DNA of 64,000 nt, taken from the NCBI GenBank assembly GCA_028023455.1, contig JAQFVV010000008.1, forward strand, positions 16,740,001 through 16,804,000. Reading direction: 5' to 3'. This document shows, in pieces, positions 50,834 through 64,000 of the stretch. This stretch comes from Epiperipatus broadwayi. Its lineage: Eukaryota; Animalia; Onychophora. How positions within the stretch are numbered: position 1 is the stretch's first letter; each line of letters begins with the position of its first letter. The position numbers were made by a program, and so were the translations under genes. The notes beneath the pieces were generated by a model. It did no database searches, had not been told where the DNA came from, and was given only the letters and a program-made list of their open reading frames with translations.

Positions 50834-51196
50834 GGATCATTTGTCTTTTATTATATCTTTATTTATATGAATTTAAAAAGAATGGTGAAGTATGGAGGTG
50901 TTTATTATATCTATAAAGATATTACATATGGGACAGAGAAAGGTGAATAACTCTGTGTGTGTAAAAAAAATTAGATATATTAATCTTTAACTGAGGTTTA
51001 AAGTTTATATCTGTGCTAAAGATAATCTCTAGTTTCGAAAATGATTAGTAATAATCATTAGTGTATTTATCTGAAATGGATGGCGTCGAAGTGGTGAGTG
51101 GAGGGAGTTTGACAATGGTAAATGAAAATGTAACAATTTACTCTAGATAAATACTTTGCATATAATAGAGATATATATGAGAGATAGTGACCTGGG

Positions 51197-51236
51197 CCAA
51201 CTGATGAGTGCTGGTTCAGTATGAAATGCATCTTGG
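51197..51236 (+). ncRNA. Minimal type I hammerhead ribozyme (family 2)
   Basis: CCAA CTGATGA GTGCT ggttc AGTAT GAA ATGCAT C|TTGG; palindromic helix III, AUC triplet, predicted cut after 51232. Confidence 0.8.
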
Positions 51237-54200
51237 AGGTCATTTGTCTTTTATTATATCTTTATTTATATGAATTTAAAAAGAATGGTGAGGTATGTAT
51301 GTGTTTATTATATCTAGTAAGATAAGATGCTCACCAGTTTTGAAAGGAGGAAAAATTCTTTGCAAAGCCACATTTTATTGCAACCTTCTACTAAATACCA
51401 ATCTCAGAAGAAATAGTTGATCTCCTGACTAATGTAACTCAAAAGAATGTTTAGACATAACAATCATCTTTCTTAATAATTTACAGCCTCATATGTTTTC
51501 TAAGTTAAAATTGATATGTTATTAAAGGGAATAAATGAATCACATCTTAATTTAGCAACATAGTAGTAACTGTCAACTCAGAAGTGCTATAATACAGAAT
51601 CGAAATAGTATATAATCAAATCTTCAACTATTGATCTAAATTCAGGATCAGAAAATACACATGCAAGGAAATGAAATTCTTAAGGCATATTATCACTGTA
51701 TAAGACTTAAAACCTGATCAAGAGAAGAGTAAAAATCACAGAGGCCAATGAATATAAAACATTTAGTCATTTCTAAGATTTGTGAAATATTTTTAAAAGT
51801 TTTTTAGTAAGGAAAGCTCTCATGATTATATCTCTATATGAGGTAGGAAAAATGCTAAACTTAGAATAAACAGCAAGAAAAGGCATTCCAAAAGGCAACA
51901 AATCTGTTTATCTCATACTGACTACTGACTCATTTTGATAATGATTTGGCCATAACCCTATCAATAGATAAGACAGAGTATTAAATTGGGATTGTACCCA
52001 GGAATTTCTGCCATATGGTAACTGTGTAATAGTCTTTACATTAAGAATGTTATCAAAGGTTGAGAAAAATTGTAGCTAATTGGATAAAGAAGCATTAACC
52101 ATTATCTGTGTGATGAAATTCCACCAATATTTATATGGTCATTCATTTGAAATAATAATGGATCATCATTCATAATTGAGGATGTACTCCAATAAAAAGA
52201 TACACTAGACCATCTAAGTCAAAAATTTCAGACTAGTATAACATATTGTCACTTATGGGTTGAAATTTAGACTGGTGAGCCAGATAAAATATGCAAATAA
52301 GCTCTTGTGTGCAATAGATGTAAATAAAAGAGATAAAATTAAACAATGGCAAACAAAAAATTATGAGATGAAGCTGATAAATAACCAAAACTAGCAGTTC
52401 AGATAAAAAAACCAACCCTGGCTATCACATTTATCATGAAATGAATAAAGAATTGTCAATAAACAAGGATTGCATTACAGCTGCTGATAACGCATTTTAA
52501 TACCATCTCAGAAATATTCATCAGTATTAGAATATCACAATTATCTTATAATGGTGAGAGTGAAAGACCTATCTCACAGAAAGATGTGATAACTAGAAAT
52601 GAGTCAAATATTGATACCTGTATAAAAAGCACAGAGTATGCATCACCAAAAAAAAAAATTGTCAAAGGTCAAAAGATAAAAAACATTGGAGCATTGTGCA
52701 CATTAATAATGTTGACCTGTTAAAGAGAGCCATCTAGAAATGATTGATGCTGCCTCTAAATGGGTCAAATACAAAATTATAAAGATTACAAGTTCCATAG
52801 AAACTATAAAAATTTTAAAAGAAATATTCACATACCATGAAAACCTGAAATCCTTGTGCCAATAATGGTACAGGTCTTGACTTAGACTGAATTCAAGAAT
52901 TTCATAGCTGAAAGGATCAAGCATGTTCAAACTTGCTCATATTACTCTGAATCAAATGGGATAGCTAAGAAAGTTCTACAGCAACTAAAGCTGACACTAA
53001 TCAAATATAATATTAAACATATGGTTTTACTGTATCAGCACATCACTCCATCTATAGTGTCATACAAAGCATCTGAGATATTTATGAAATGAAAATTCTT
53101 ACAAGGTCTCAATCTTCATGCCAGGAGAAGATAGTCAAGCATCAACAGAAAATAAATCTAACCACTAGAGAAAATACTTGGACACATAATAATCTATAAA
53201 AGAAGTGGATAGAAGAAATTCTTATTAAAACAATTTCAAATCAGTAATGGATGTTCAAACTTTTTTGGAATGCATGTTGCTAAGGGCAAAATGAATCCTG
53301 ATCATAAATTACCAGTAATAAACAATAAATTCCCAATTATCAAAATGGGGAGCTGCATTGCTTGCGGAGAGTGCAGAAACAGATTTTTTAGATAATGAAC
53401 AGCAAAGTAATACACCAAATGTATCAACAAAGAAAAGAAATGGCCATATGAGATTCCATTCAGCATATTTATTTGGAGAATTGCAAGTAGAGCTCTGGAT
53501 CAAATCACAGTTGTCTGGAGTGAGATGGAATAATACTATGTGTTTAAATAAGATCTGTTTTAATGAAATAAGAGAGTTGTATAAATGTGCTGATATAAAA
53601 ATAAAGAATTAAAACCCATAAACTTAAGAGTATAGACAGATATAGGTTTTTTTATTCAAATAGTTAAAAATAAGTATAAATTGAAAACATGCAATTACCT
53701 ATCAGATTAAAACATTTTAATAATCTAATTAATTATCAGATTTAAAAAAAAAGTGAAATTAATGTGAGGAAAAAAAACAGTTGAAAAACATTCTCAAGAA
53801 ATTTTAATTATTTCAGAGAATGAGACCCTGCAAAAAGATAATTAAAAACAAGTGAAGAATCCATTAGGACTAATGAATCAGTTGCTTGAAAAGCATTGGT
53901 TTTACATTCAGTTCATTCCAGCTGAATATGAAAATATAAATATGGAATTATAAACAGACTTAGTCTACATAATAATTTAAATACACCTTAGGGCTAAGTT
54001 AGCAAGGTCATATGTACATAAAACTAGTAACTAATATATGTATTGCATATATAGTTATTTTACTGCTTATTGAAGTAAAACTTCAATTAACTTGCATTAC
54101 TCTAGAGTTTTCTTTATTTTGTAATGTATGTGGTATTTGATTCATATTGCAAGAAGCCATAATTGTATGATTGGTCAGGAATTCAGACTAAGCATAGCAA

Positions 54201-54689
54201 GACATAACTTATTTGAACAAGATAGCTGATTTAATTATTATAAAGTTAAAAACTGAAATAGCAAAAGTAATTTTTAGTGATGAAGCAAAAACAGAAATAA
54301 AAATTCTTTATTTGGATAAAACAAAAAAAATATATAGAATTAAAAATGTCAGATATTGAGAAAACATTTATTGATAAACTTTCCAAATGATATTTTGCTC
54401 TACAAATTTATAAGAAAGGCTGTATATTACGATTTCATTAATAAAAATAAAAATGAATCAATTTCTGTGTAGCAGAGAACTTACCAAACATATAACAGAG
54501 CAAAATATTTTTGACTTTGTTAATATTTAGAAAAAATTTAAATATGGGAACTGTGCATAAGATTTTTTATGTAATCAATAATTTATAATTTTTTTATACA
54601 AATGCTTTTATTTTTATGACATTAATTACTGTTTTGATATTCTATAAAAAATTTTCACTATCAAAAATGTTCTATGATTTCAAAAAGTT

Positions 54690-55030
54690 TACTGTTCTAG
54701 TTGGTCATTGAATGCTAATAACTATTTTTCCAATGATGATTGTCCTATCTTTCAGACTCATGTAAATATAAGTGCATTTTTTGAATCAATCCATGCAATA
54801 TTAAGAGGCATGGTGTTTTTTTGTCAACAGAGTGTGCCAGCAGTTCAACAGTTATTGGTAATAGCCTGTATAGAATTTTATTTTTCTATAGAAGCAATTT
54901 TTAAATTCAGTCCACAAGATAATACAATATAAAGTTATACCAGCCATAATATAACAATAATTAGAGTTATTTGTAATAGCCTAGACAATATTTTGTGGCA
55001 TGACCTGAATAAATTGTTCAAAACTACATC
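54690..55030 (-). mobile_element. RT fragment of an R2/R4/NeSL-like non-LTR element
   Basis: Minus-strand PLNIAWIDSKNA and HKILSRLL motifs. Confidence 0.4.
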
Positions 55031-55199
55031 TGTTATTGTCACTGTAGAATTATTAAAATATTTTTATTAAAATTATATTAATAAAGTAAGATATTTCATT
55101 TTGCTTTGTGCACTTCAAGTTCCCATTCAGCAATGTTTTGATGCATACATCCTACAAATATCTATCATAATCTAGTGAGTGAATAAAAATATACACGTG

Positions 55200-55560
55200 T
55201 TTGAGGGTGGAGACTTGTGATATGCCTACTCCTTTATCAAAGTCAGGAATATCTCAACCATTATGTCCACAGATACATGTTAGCCACTTTACCTTCCTTT
55301 TCCATCCCCCATCCTAAGTTTTTCCCATATTCTTCTTTATCCTGCTTCATCCCATTTTCATAATATCATCTTTGTCTATTTTATATCTATATCCTTCTTA
55401 TCATTTTCCAAACACAACATAAAAACCAAGAATCCACTTTCTGTATAATCACTTTATTTATATTTATTCTCTCACAACTTCATTTTTGTACCCTTTCTGT
55501 TTGCAAGCATTTATATTCAATTAGCAGATGCCTAATATTTTCCATGTCTTCCTTGCATAA
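55200..55560 (-). mobile_element. 3' fragment of a LINE related to 31200-36200
   Basis: Reverse complement resembles 35990-36090 (GTGGCTAACA.., GAGA(T)ATTCCTGACT..AAGGAG). Confidence 0.55.
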
Positions 55561-57002
55561 CTTACAGCAATACATAAAATAAAAACAATAATAATTTATT
55601 CAAAATTATAAAATTTATTATTAGTCTAAAATAAGCAATGTGCATTATAATCATCATCATCCAGAAGCAAATCATCACTGGACTGGTAAGATCTAAAAAT
55701 CATTTAGCTTTACTCATTGTTGGGACAAGTAGCATTGAGTGTGTGGGTAGTTATGTTTAACCTCTGCAAAAGGTTTAATAAAACATTAGGAGTTAAAAAC
55801 CATAGAATTAATAAATAATGCATAATTGGTAAAATGCTATAGATTATTTAGGGCATATATTTTATGCAGAAAGATATAAAGCATGTACCATAAATTTATT
55901 AATAATTTATATTGATTTCAAAGCAAAAAATATTAATTGATAATACTGATAAAATAAGTATTTAATTTGAAGGGTAAATTTTCTTACAGTTGTGCTTGTC
56001 CACCAAAGATCATCATAGTTCATGGATATTTAATTCAGTCATGTAATGTTGTTCATTTGAATAATTTTGAAGTTGTAAAATATTCTCCAATAAGTAATTG
56101 CATTAGACTGTTGTAAATATTTTAAATTCTTTATAAAATTTTGTTCATAATAAATAAATGTTATTTTGTTATTAAATCTGGTGTAATGTCTTTATAATGT
56201 TCTCGGTATTTAATAAATCCATATCCAGAAAGCTAAACATTATATACTTTATAATACAAATATTTATTCAGAGCACAGATATGTAAATTAAATATTAAAC
56301 TATTTAACTAATAATGATCTTGCAGATATGAAGAGTGCATTTGAAATAAATATTATTCATTTATTCTATTGATCACTATAATTTAAACTGCAATTTATTT
56401 AAATAAGATTGCATTTATAATCAATTATTGTCTATTTTCATGTAATAAATTTATTTCCGATGGTGATGAATATTTTGACTGGACATAAAATCCCTTTCCC
56501 ACTTTTAGTATTTGAATGTTCTCCTAGAAGATGATTATATTATTTCAAATTTAGAGTTTGATGCAATTTTGCCTTAGTTAAATTATTTATTAAATTATTA
56601 TTAAATAATAGGTAGACATTAGCTTGTAGATTAAGTGTATGTCTTTTCATGTTTATCACTATGATATCATTCATTTATCAATGTGTTCCTAAAATAAAAT
56701 ATTGGAAATTTAATATTAAATATAAGAATCCTGAGATTATAATAATTCTAGAAATAAGAACTTTTATCTATTGCCAAAGAAAGGCAAAGTGGTATAACAA
56801 ATCTAAGCTTTATAAAGCTGTGTATTAATGATGAAGAAGGAGTTAGAGATGTAAGAGTATGTTAGAATGGGGATGATGGAAAAGATTGATTATAAGCAAG
56901 AAATTAATTGTACCCTTGCTACTTTGTCATTTGTGTGATAAATACGGAGAGCCTTTAAAAAGTTTTACTAGAGTAAATGGAAGTTTCTCTTCTTAAATTT
57001 AT

Positions 57003-59200
57003 TGTTATACTTTGTAATATTTAGTGGTCATTGTTATTATTGTTGTAGCTTTCTGTGTTCATGGCATGATTTACTGTGATTGCAAGAGAATCCTGAGCAT
57101 AGCCAGAGCTTTAGCCCGAGTTTATCTGGCTTATTATCTTGATAGCTTTAGCTCTATCTAGCTTTACAGAGCATTATAACACCACCCTACTTTTTCTAGA
57201 TACAATACATATGTGCCCAAACAGTCCAACTCTCCTGTCATCCAGTGATTTCTTGCACATCTAGAAATAGATCCATATATCTTCATCAATTGGCAATTAT
57301 ATTTACTTGATTTTATGATAAAGCATCCCCCAATTCTGCAGCATTATTGCCTTATTATTTACTTCATCATCCAGACTATCACTGAATGTTTCTACATTTT
57401 GATCAACTTTGGAGATATTTTCAGTCTTTACTTTGACTAGATTTTTGTATTGGCTAGTGTAAGTTTGCCATTTATTCTGTTGGACACATCACACAGATGT
57501 AAATGTAGATTATTAGCTAGTAGAAGTTTGCTATTTTCTTTGACACATCACAACAGATGCAAATTTAAGTGATTGGCTAGTATAAGTTTGCTGTTTATCC
57601 CATTTGACATGCCACAAAGATGTGAATGTAGGCAATTAATTGTCTCCTCATAAGTAGTCTGTTATCTAACTTGATGATTCTAATTACATTAGATACTATT
57701 TTGTTTATAACACCAGGGATCCATTTCCTTTTTAAAATGTCTGTAACCCATACAGTTTCAGCCACTTTAAATTTTCTGAAGTTTACTTTGGAATTCTCAT
57801 CATCTGAAATATTTTTTTCTAGTTGCTTTGTTCACTGGCAATAGCTTTGACAAATCTGGGAGATACTTTTGCCACAATAATAATTCTGCTAGTTTTCATA
57901 GTAGATGCACTTGGGGTGATGTGTTGGTAAAACATAACTTCTACCAATGCTCCTTTAATATCTCTGGTTGACATTTTTTTAAGCATAGATGTTAAATATT
58001 ATATAGCCTTCTCAGTGATCCTATTTGATTCTGGATGATAGGATAGAGTTAAAATATGGCACATTTCTTCATTTGCCAAATTATTTATAAATTCCATGGA
58101 GATAAATCCAGTTCTATTGTCCAGTATGAGAGTTTCTAGATAACTGCAGGTAGCAAAAACTTCTTGGAAGGCTTTGATTGTACACTCAGTACTAGTATTT
58201 GTCATGAGTTTGTACTCATCGCAACTGGAATAAGAAATCACAGAAATAGGTATCCATTTATAGACTCTGCATGAGCTATTCAGATTCTTTGCCAAGGGTT
58301 TTTTGACTCTCCCCATGATTTGTTTTTCTAGATAGGTCTGCAGTGGATTTGCCTTCCAAATAACTCAACTATCTGAACTTTAAAAATATGAAAACTATCT
58401 GAACTTTAAAATTCAATTTCTCCAACATTACTTGCATGCTTACTGGCCCAGACTCTTCTCCTCATTCACAATACTCTAGTCTTTTTTCATTTTCTCCATG
58501 TGAATTCCAAGAGTCTGAAACAGCTTCTGCCTAGTAAAGGGCTTATGTTCCTCTTCACTATAAATAAAGGTAACACTTTACCTGTAGCATTGAATTTTGT
58601 TGGTGCCATCACTTTTCTGCAGATATATATGTTGTTTCGGTGATAAGATAAATAATCCTGCACCACTGTCAACTTTCATGTTTATTTTCCTTTTGCAGAT
58701 AGTCTTATCTAATGTAATATGACCCCTACTAGTATTATTTATTATTCTGGCATGTTCTTTTCTCCTCACTGCACCTCCCCCTAATTCAAAATCTTGATGT
58801 AATTTAGCTTTTAAGCTATTGTCTTTTTGACAGTAGACATGAGCTAAATATCCTTTAATATAACATGTATGGCATTTTTCTGTTTTAAATATGAAAACTT
58901 TTTGCCTTTTGCACCATAACAATAACAAATTAGGTCATCCTTTGCAGCTTTTGCAGATACATTAACAGTTTGTGCCTTATTCGGTTATCATGCACAGCTG
59001 TTAAAACTTAAAAATTCTGATGCATTGTCTAATACAATCTTGTGTAATATATCTTGTAAATGCTGCTTTATATGTCAGGTCTGGTTCATTTAATAATTAT
59101 TTTCTGAGATTATGGTCTGATATTCTATATAACAATTGGTCCATTAACATATTTTTTAACTTAGCAGCAAATTTAATTGTTTAATCAGTGTTCACAGTAT
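57003..59200 (-). mobile_element. Decayed Ty3/Gypsy derivative: gag knuckle and PR joined almost directly to integrase
   Basis: CHTCYIKGYLAHVYC and MKVDSGAG (58578-58928); LDNRTGF..YHPESNR (57999-58316); putative 3' LTR end and PPT at 57181-57195; 60-63-bp tandem at 57449-57633. Confidence 0.65.
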
Positions 59201-60599
59201 TAAAATATAATTATGATACCACTCACAAGATAAATATTTTCTCATTCTAAATGTGGCTATCCATTTAATGACAACTGGTTTAAAATACACATTTAAAATT
59301 TCAATTAAATCTTTATATAATAGTACTCTTAGGATTACATAATTGTTAAACAAAAAATAAAAGAGTAGCCACTTTGACTTTGTTATCCTCAACTTTATTT
59401 ATGAATAGGTAACACTTGATATGCTTGACATATGTTCCATGTTGTTGCATTATTTTCATTGAATTTATGAATATTGTACTTTGGCAATGCTATCATTATT
59501 TCTATACTGTTCTGCTTGGTTAACACACAGGTTAAATATTAATTAACAACTTGTACCATTCTGCTGTCACTTTTGACACTCAATTGTCATTAATTCTGTA
59601 AACAGGTATCATATGTTAACTGTACCACTCTGCTGTGTTCTCAGGAGTAATTTTAATAATACCAGCCAAGCAAGCATTAATTTAAAATAAATAACTAAGG
59701 CATGATTTTAAAAATCAGCAAGTGCATCTATTTGTGCTGAAAAAATGAAAATAATAATACAATAATGGAGTTCACCTTACTTTTGGAAAGTAAAAAAAAA
59801 AGTTGGATAAGTGTGGACAAATTATCCTCACACATTGCAAATATCTAATTTAGTCCATTTAATTTGAGTTTCCATTAACTCTTATTCACATACACAATAA
59901 GATAATTTAGAAAATGATGTCTTACCATCAATTTAAATTAGTTTTTACTTAGACTGACCAGTTTCACTTTCTGTACATTTTAAATCTATACATATAGCTC
60001 TAACTTAGCCCATGCTTTTTTTTTCTCCTTTGTGAGAAATTTATTATCTCTCAACTCATATGTTAGCCTCCTTTATTATGTTGTGTGCTAATGTTTTACA
60101 ATGCAAATTTTGGCAGAGATAAAATAATAATAATGTACTGTTTACACTGCAAATTACAAATTTTCAATAAACTTTATTATACAATAACATGTACATGCAC
60201 ACAGATAGTCCAGATATATAATGCTTTCGGAAGCAAATAATATTTAGCTTGGCTAACAGAATTTTTGGCATATAGCTATGCTAGACAACTGATTTGATCC
60301 AAGAAGTCATTTTTTAACATCATAAATTGATCACATATTTTGAGAAAAAGTCATTAGATTCATTCTTGTTTTTTAATTTCAGTATTTGAGTTAAGTAATT
60401 TGAGTTTAATAATATTCAAATATGAATGCAAATAATAAAAATGAGAGATTTTAATCGTTTGTGAAAAAGATTATCATTTAAAATGTATAATTGCAATTCA
60501 GATATTTAATGTTTTTTGGGTGTGATATAAAATTAATTGAAAATTACTGAATGAAATGTTAATATACATAAGTAGATAATGAAAAAATATATTTTATGA

Positions 60600-63500
60600 T
60601 GAAAGCAAACAAAAAGAAAAAAACAGAAGCTGAAATGATCTTTAACTTTTACTTCGACAGTGGGTCAAAAGTAAGGTAATAATAGATAAGCAATAATGAG
60701 ATATGCTAAAATAAAATGTTTATACAAATATTGGAAGAAGAGAGATGGGAAAAGATGAATATGAAACTAAGTTAATAGAGGGCTAAAATTAACACTATAT
60801 AGAATATTTCTCAAATTTTTGGAAATATTATCCTGGATAAAAATCTATAAAATATTAAAATTAAGGTAACAAAACATGAAGACTATTATTATAAATACAA
60901 ATAATTAGCAGCAGCATCAAAATTAATAATAGAGAATTAATTAAATTTATGAAAGATTAATTAAATTATATAAGGATAAAATTGTGTTTTGGATGTGCGA
61001 GATGTTTGATAAAATAGAATGCTTTTTAGTAAAGATGATATGCATTTATCAAAGTGGAGGAATGAAGTAGTAAAAAATGATCTATAACAAGTTTTATGTA
61101 TCAAGAAACTTATTGGAGTAATTTTACAAAGAGAAGTATGTTTAAAAATGGTTAGAAAGTAATATTAACAATTAATTATATTGCTGAGGTGAGAAATTTT
61201 TTAAAAAAGATATTTTCTGAAGTAAACAAGAAATAAGATAAACGTAAATTGCGAAAGTGGAGATATAGAAACCTAATATAAATATATTATGAAAAAAAGT
61301 TAAAAGGGCTTATAAAAGGAAACTGTTAACAATAAGTTATATAAATATGCAAATGAGAAATAATGTGAATTAAAAGATATTTAATAATGAAAGCAGATGT
61401 TTGCAAGATTCTTTCTGGCACAGGATTAATAAGAGAAAAAAATGGAAAGTATAGTATAGGATGCATGTCAAGAATGTTTTCAAGACTTGTTACAATAAAC
61501 ATATGTTGTTGAGATAAAATGAGGAATTCAGAAATAGATGGCTACTGTTTAAATGGCTCAGAAGATGATTAAAATTGTAAAGAAATTGAAGTATAGAAAT
61601 TATAAATGTTAGATTATGGATATATAGATTTTCAAAGAAAACAGTAAGATAATAATGGTTATAGAATTTTGAATGAATATATTATAGAAATTAATGACCA
61701 TGATAATAAAAATTGCTACTTATTAGAATCTCTTTTACTAAGGCTGTAAACCTCAAGAATATGCGCATGAAAATGTGAAGGTAGGGACCTCTACCTTCAC
61801 ATTTTCATGTGCATATTCTTGAGGTTTATAGCCTTAGTAAATATTACTTACGTAATCAATGTGTGTTTAAATAAATTTATAATTACAATTTTAAAATCTC
61901 TTTTATGGAAGAAAATTGTTATTAATTTATCAAAAGTATATGGCTGATGATATATCTTATCTAGAAATAACATGAATTAAATAATAGATGAGGTGGGAGT
62001 AAATAAAGTAAGAACAATTACTTTTAAGTTTTTTTTTATATAAAGAAATCACAAAGCATGTAATAATGATCATAGTGGGAAGCAATATTTAATATAGTAA
62101 AGATATAATAAGATATGCATGAAATTTAAATGATAAAAGTAAATTATATAAATATTATATGACTTTGGACAAAAATATAAATACATAGACAAAAGTTCCA
62201 GATAAGTACAAAAATAGAAGAGAGAGAATTTTTTTTAAAGGTAAAAATAAAGCTATTTAAGACTGATTAATTATACACAAGTTATGGTAACTTGAGTTAT
62301 CATTTTCTCTGGTGATGACTGAATAAATATTTAAATGCAGAAAGAAAAAACATAGATTCAGGGAAGGTTTAGATCTGATGATAGAAAGTGTGCAGAAAAT
62401 ATATATTCATTGTGGAACATAAGTAAAGTGAAATTACAGATGAAAAATTATTTAAATAAAGAAAAATTAATTATGAAATTAAACAATTAATAAACAAAGT
62501 AAAAAAATTATGGCGATATATGTACAAAAATAGAAATATACTGGAAAGAAAAATATACTATTCAATGATGAGGAAAACAAAAATATCTGTAAAGTACAAG
62601 TGATTTTAAACAATAATATCATGAATAAATAAAGTTGATTGTGAGAGGAAATAATAGCAATTATAAAGACACATAAAAAATGAAATATTAAATCACTCCA
62701 TGTGGTTAAAAAATCGACACTGCCCTCTATGAAATAATATAACCATCTGGAGTAATTTAATATTTGGATTTTTATTTCAGTTTAGCATTGGCACTGGGAT
62801 TATTTACATAAAAAATGAAATATTCAATTTATGGAGACTGGATTGGAATACTAAAAAAAAAAATGTAAAGACAAAAGATGTGGATGGGTGGGCAACAGAG
62901 ATGTTAAAAAATTTGGGAAATAGTAGAAAACAATTTTATTGGTATATTTTGATAATTTGATACAAGACAGAAAAATTGTAGAAAAATGGAAAAATACAAG
63001 AATGAAATTGTCTTTAAATATAAGGATAAAGACTATAGAAGATTGAATAGTTGTGATATCTTCAATTATTTATAAAAAAAATTTGTATAGGATGCGTGAA
63101 AAAAATAATTAAGAAAGTAAAAAAAAAAAACATGGTCGCACATGTAGTAAGGATTGAGATCTAATCAGTATGTAGATAATAGATTATTTAGAGCCGCACA
63201 ACTATTGCAAGTGAATAAAAAAAGTAGGCAAACATTTATATATGTCTTTTATTATTCTTATATTTAACAGCAGTAGATTTTAACAGTAGAATTAGACAAG
63301 AATATCAATATATTTGGATAATAATGCTTGCATTTAATACAGCATTTAAAATTTTATCAAGTCTTTGATGCAAATAGCAAAAGGCTTCTGCAAATGTGGC
63401 TTTAAAAAAAAAAAATCAGTTGAGAAAAGTAAAAAAAAAAAAGATAAGCGCCAAAGAAAAATAAATAAAATATTTTTTGTTAAGGAGATAATTATGAAGA

Positions 63501-64000
63501 AGATAAATAAAGTGAAAATCAGTTTGAAACACTAAGATTATTTAGGTGGTTAAAAAATGAATTTATGATACAAAAACACAAAAGGGGGGGGGGTTAAGAA
63601 TTTACTTTTAAAATAATAGATATGATGTAGCAAAAATTAAAAGAAAATGAATTGCATTTTTAGGTTTACGCAGATGGAAATAATGCATTGATGTTCATAA
63701 AAGTATATTAGATATATAGAAAGAATTGTGAGAAAACAGAAAATATAGCAATTCAGAGAAGATTGATCAAGTTTTTAAATAAGAGATACAAGAAATTAGT
63801 AGATTGCAATTTATGGATTTTAATGAAAAACAAATAATTTTTCAATTAAATTTTAAGAAAATGATGTTGTAAGATTATACTTAAAAAAGTGAACATAGGT
63901 TTCGTGTTGGTTTATCTGTATTAAAAGTAAGATGAATGTGTTATATAAAAAAATAAAAGTATATAGAATTAAGCAGAATATCAAGATAAGAAAAAACTGT
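60600..64000 (+). mobile_element. Very decayed LINE fossil (esterase-type ORF1 and ORF2 remnants)
   Basis: Purine-rich strand bias like 31200-36000, with weak esterase-like remnants near 60830 and 61020-61060; no intact motifs. Confidence 0.35.
61734..61841. repeat. Near-perfect hairpin (51-bp arms, 6-nt loop)
   Basis: 61734-61784 versus 61791-61841; two mismatches, both G.U-compatible on the + strand; loop GGACCT. Confidence 0.95.

Larger units (their letters stand above)
50403..51316 (+). mobile_element. Retrozyme-like ORF-less tandem repeat, family 2 (~403-407-bp unit, ~2.3 copies), 15-bp TSD
   Basis: GGTTCAG(C/T)A at 50403, 50810, 51213; GTAAGATAAGATGCT at 50388-50402 and 51317-51331. 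Confidence 0.9.
48700..53300 (+). mobile_element. Highly decayed Ty3/Gypsy fossil, interrupted by the family-2 insertion
   Basis: IEFDSESGVS (protease-like, ~49805), DKEALTII..KFHQYLYGHSFEIIMDH (RNase H, ~52085-52170), WSIVHI..IDAASKW..YSESNGIA (integrase, ~52687-52965). Boundaries approximate. Confidence 0.6.

Noticed and set aside
48400-54150. Diverged similarity between ~48440-48700 and ~53810-54030 as an LTR pair
   Set aside because: No TG..CA ends, PBS/PPT or TSD found; more likely two old copies of a TE internal region.
61944-61970. CTGATGA...GAAA near the hairpin
   Set aside because: Stem II does not pair convincingly; no palindromic helix III or stem I.
62375-62387. CTGATGA-TA-GAAA
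   Set aside because: No room for stem II; chance match.

Overview
AT-rich, CpG-depleted eukaryotic DNA, probably invertebrate (inference from composition, GT-AG splice signals and TE types). One host coding exon is well supported: a long terminal exon at 3541-5810 (+) encoding the C-terminal half of a macrodomain-like fold and a K/E/N-rich tail with about 23 tandem ~14-aa repeats. The rest is nested mobile DNA. It includes two full-length Mag-type Ty3/Gypsy LTR elements (one young, LTRs differ at 3 of 214 positions), a TIR- and TSD-bounded Buster-type hAT carrying a PHD/esterase LINE, and RTE, Tx1/L1 and Merlin fossils. The most notable signal is absent from the ORF track: at least 12 minimal type I hammerhead-ribozyme motifs (CUGAUGA-stem II-GAAA, palindromic helix III) in three repeat families. 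Families 1 and 2 are ORF-less ~400-475 bp units in head-to-tail tandems (retrozyme-like), and family 1 also forms TSD-flanked fold-back insertions. Family 3 retains a Penelope GIY-YIG C-terminal remnant. Other points: a tRNA-Gly retrocopy with a TAA anticodon, two long hairpins, and reciprocal CpG decay suggesting TE methylation. All folding and homology calls were made by eye; no searches were run.
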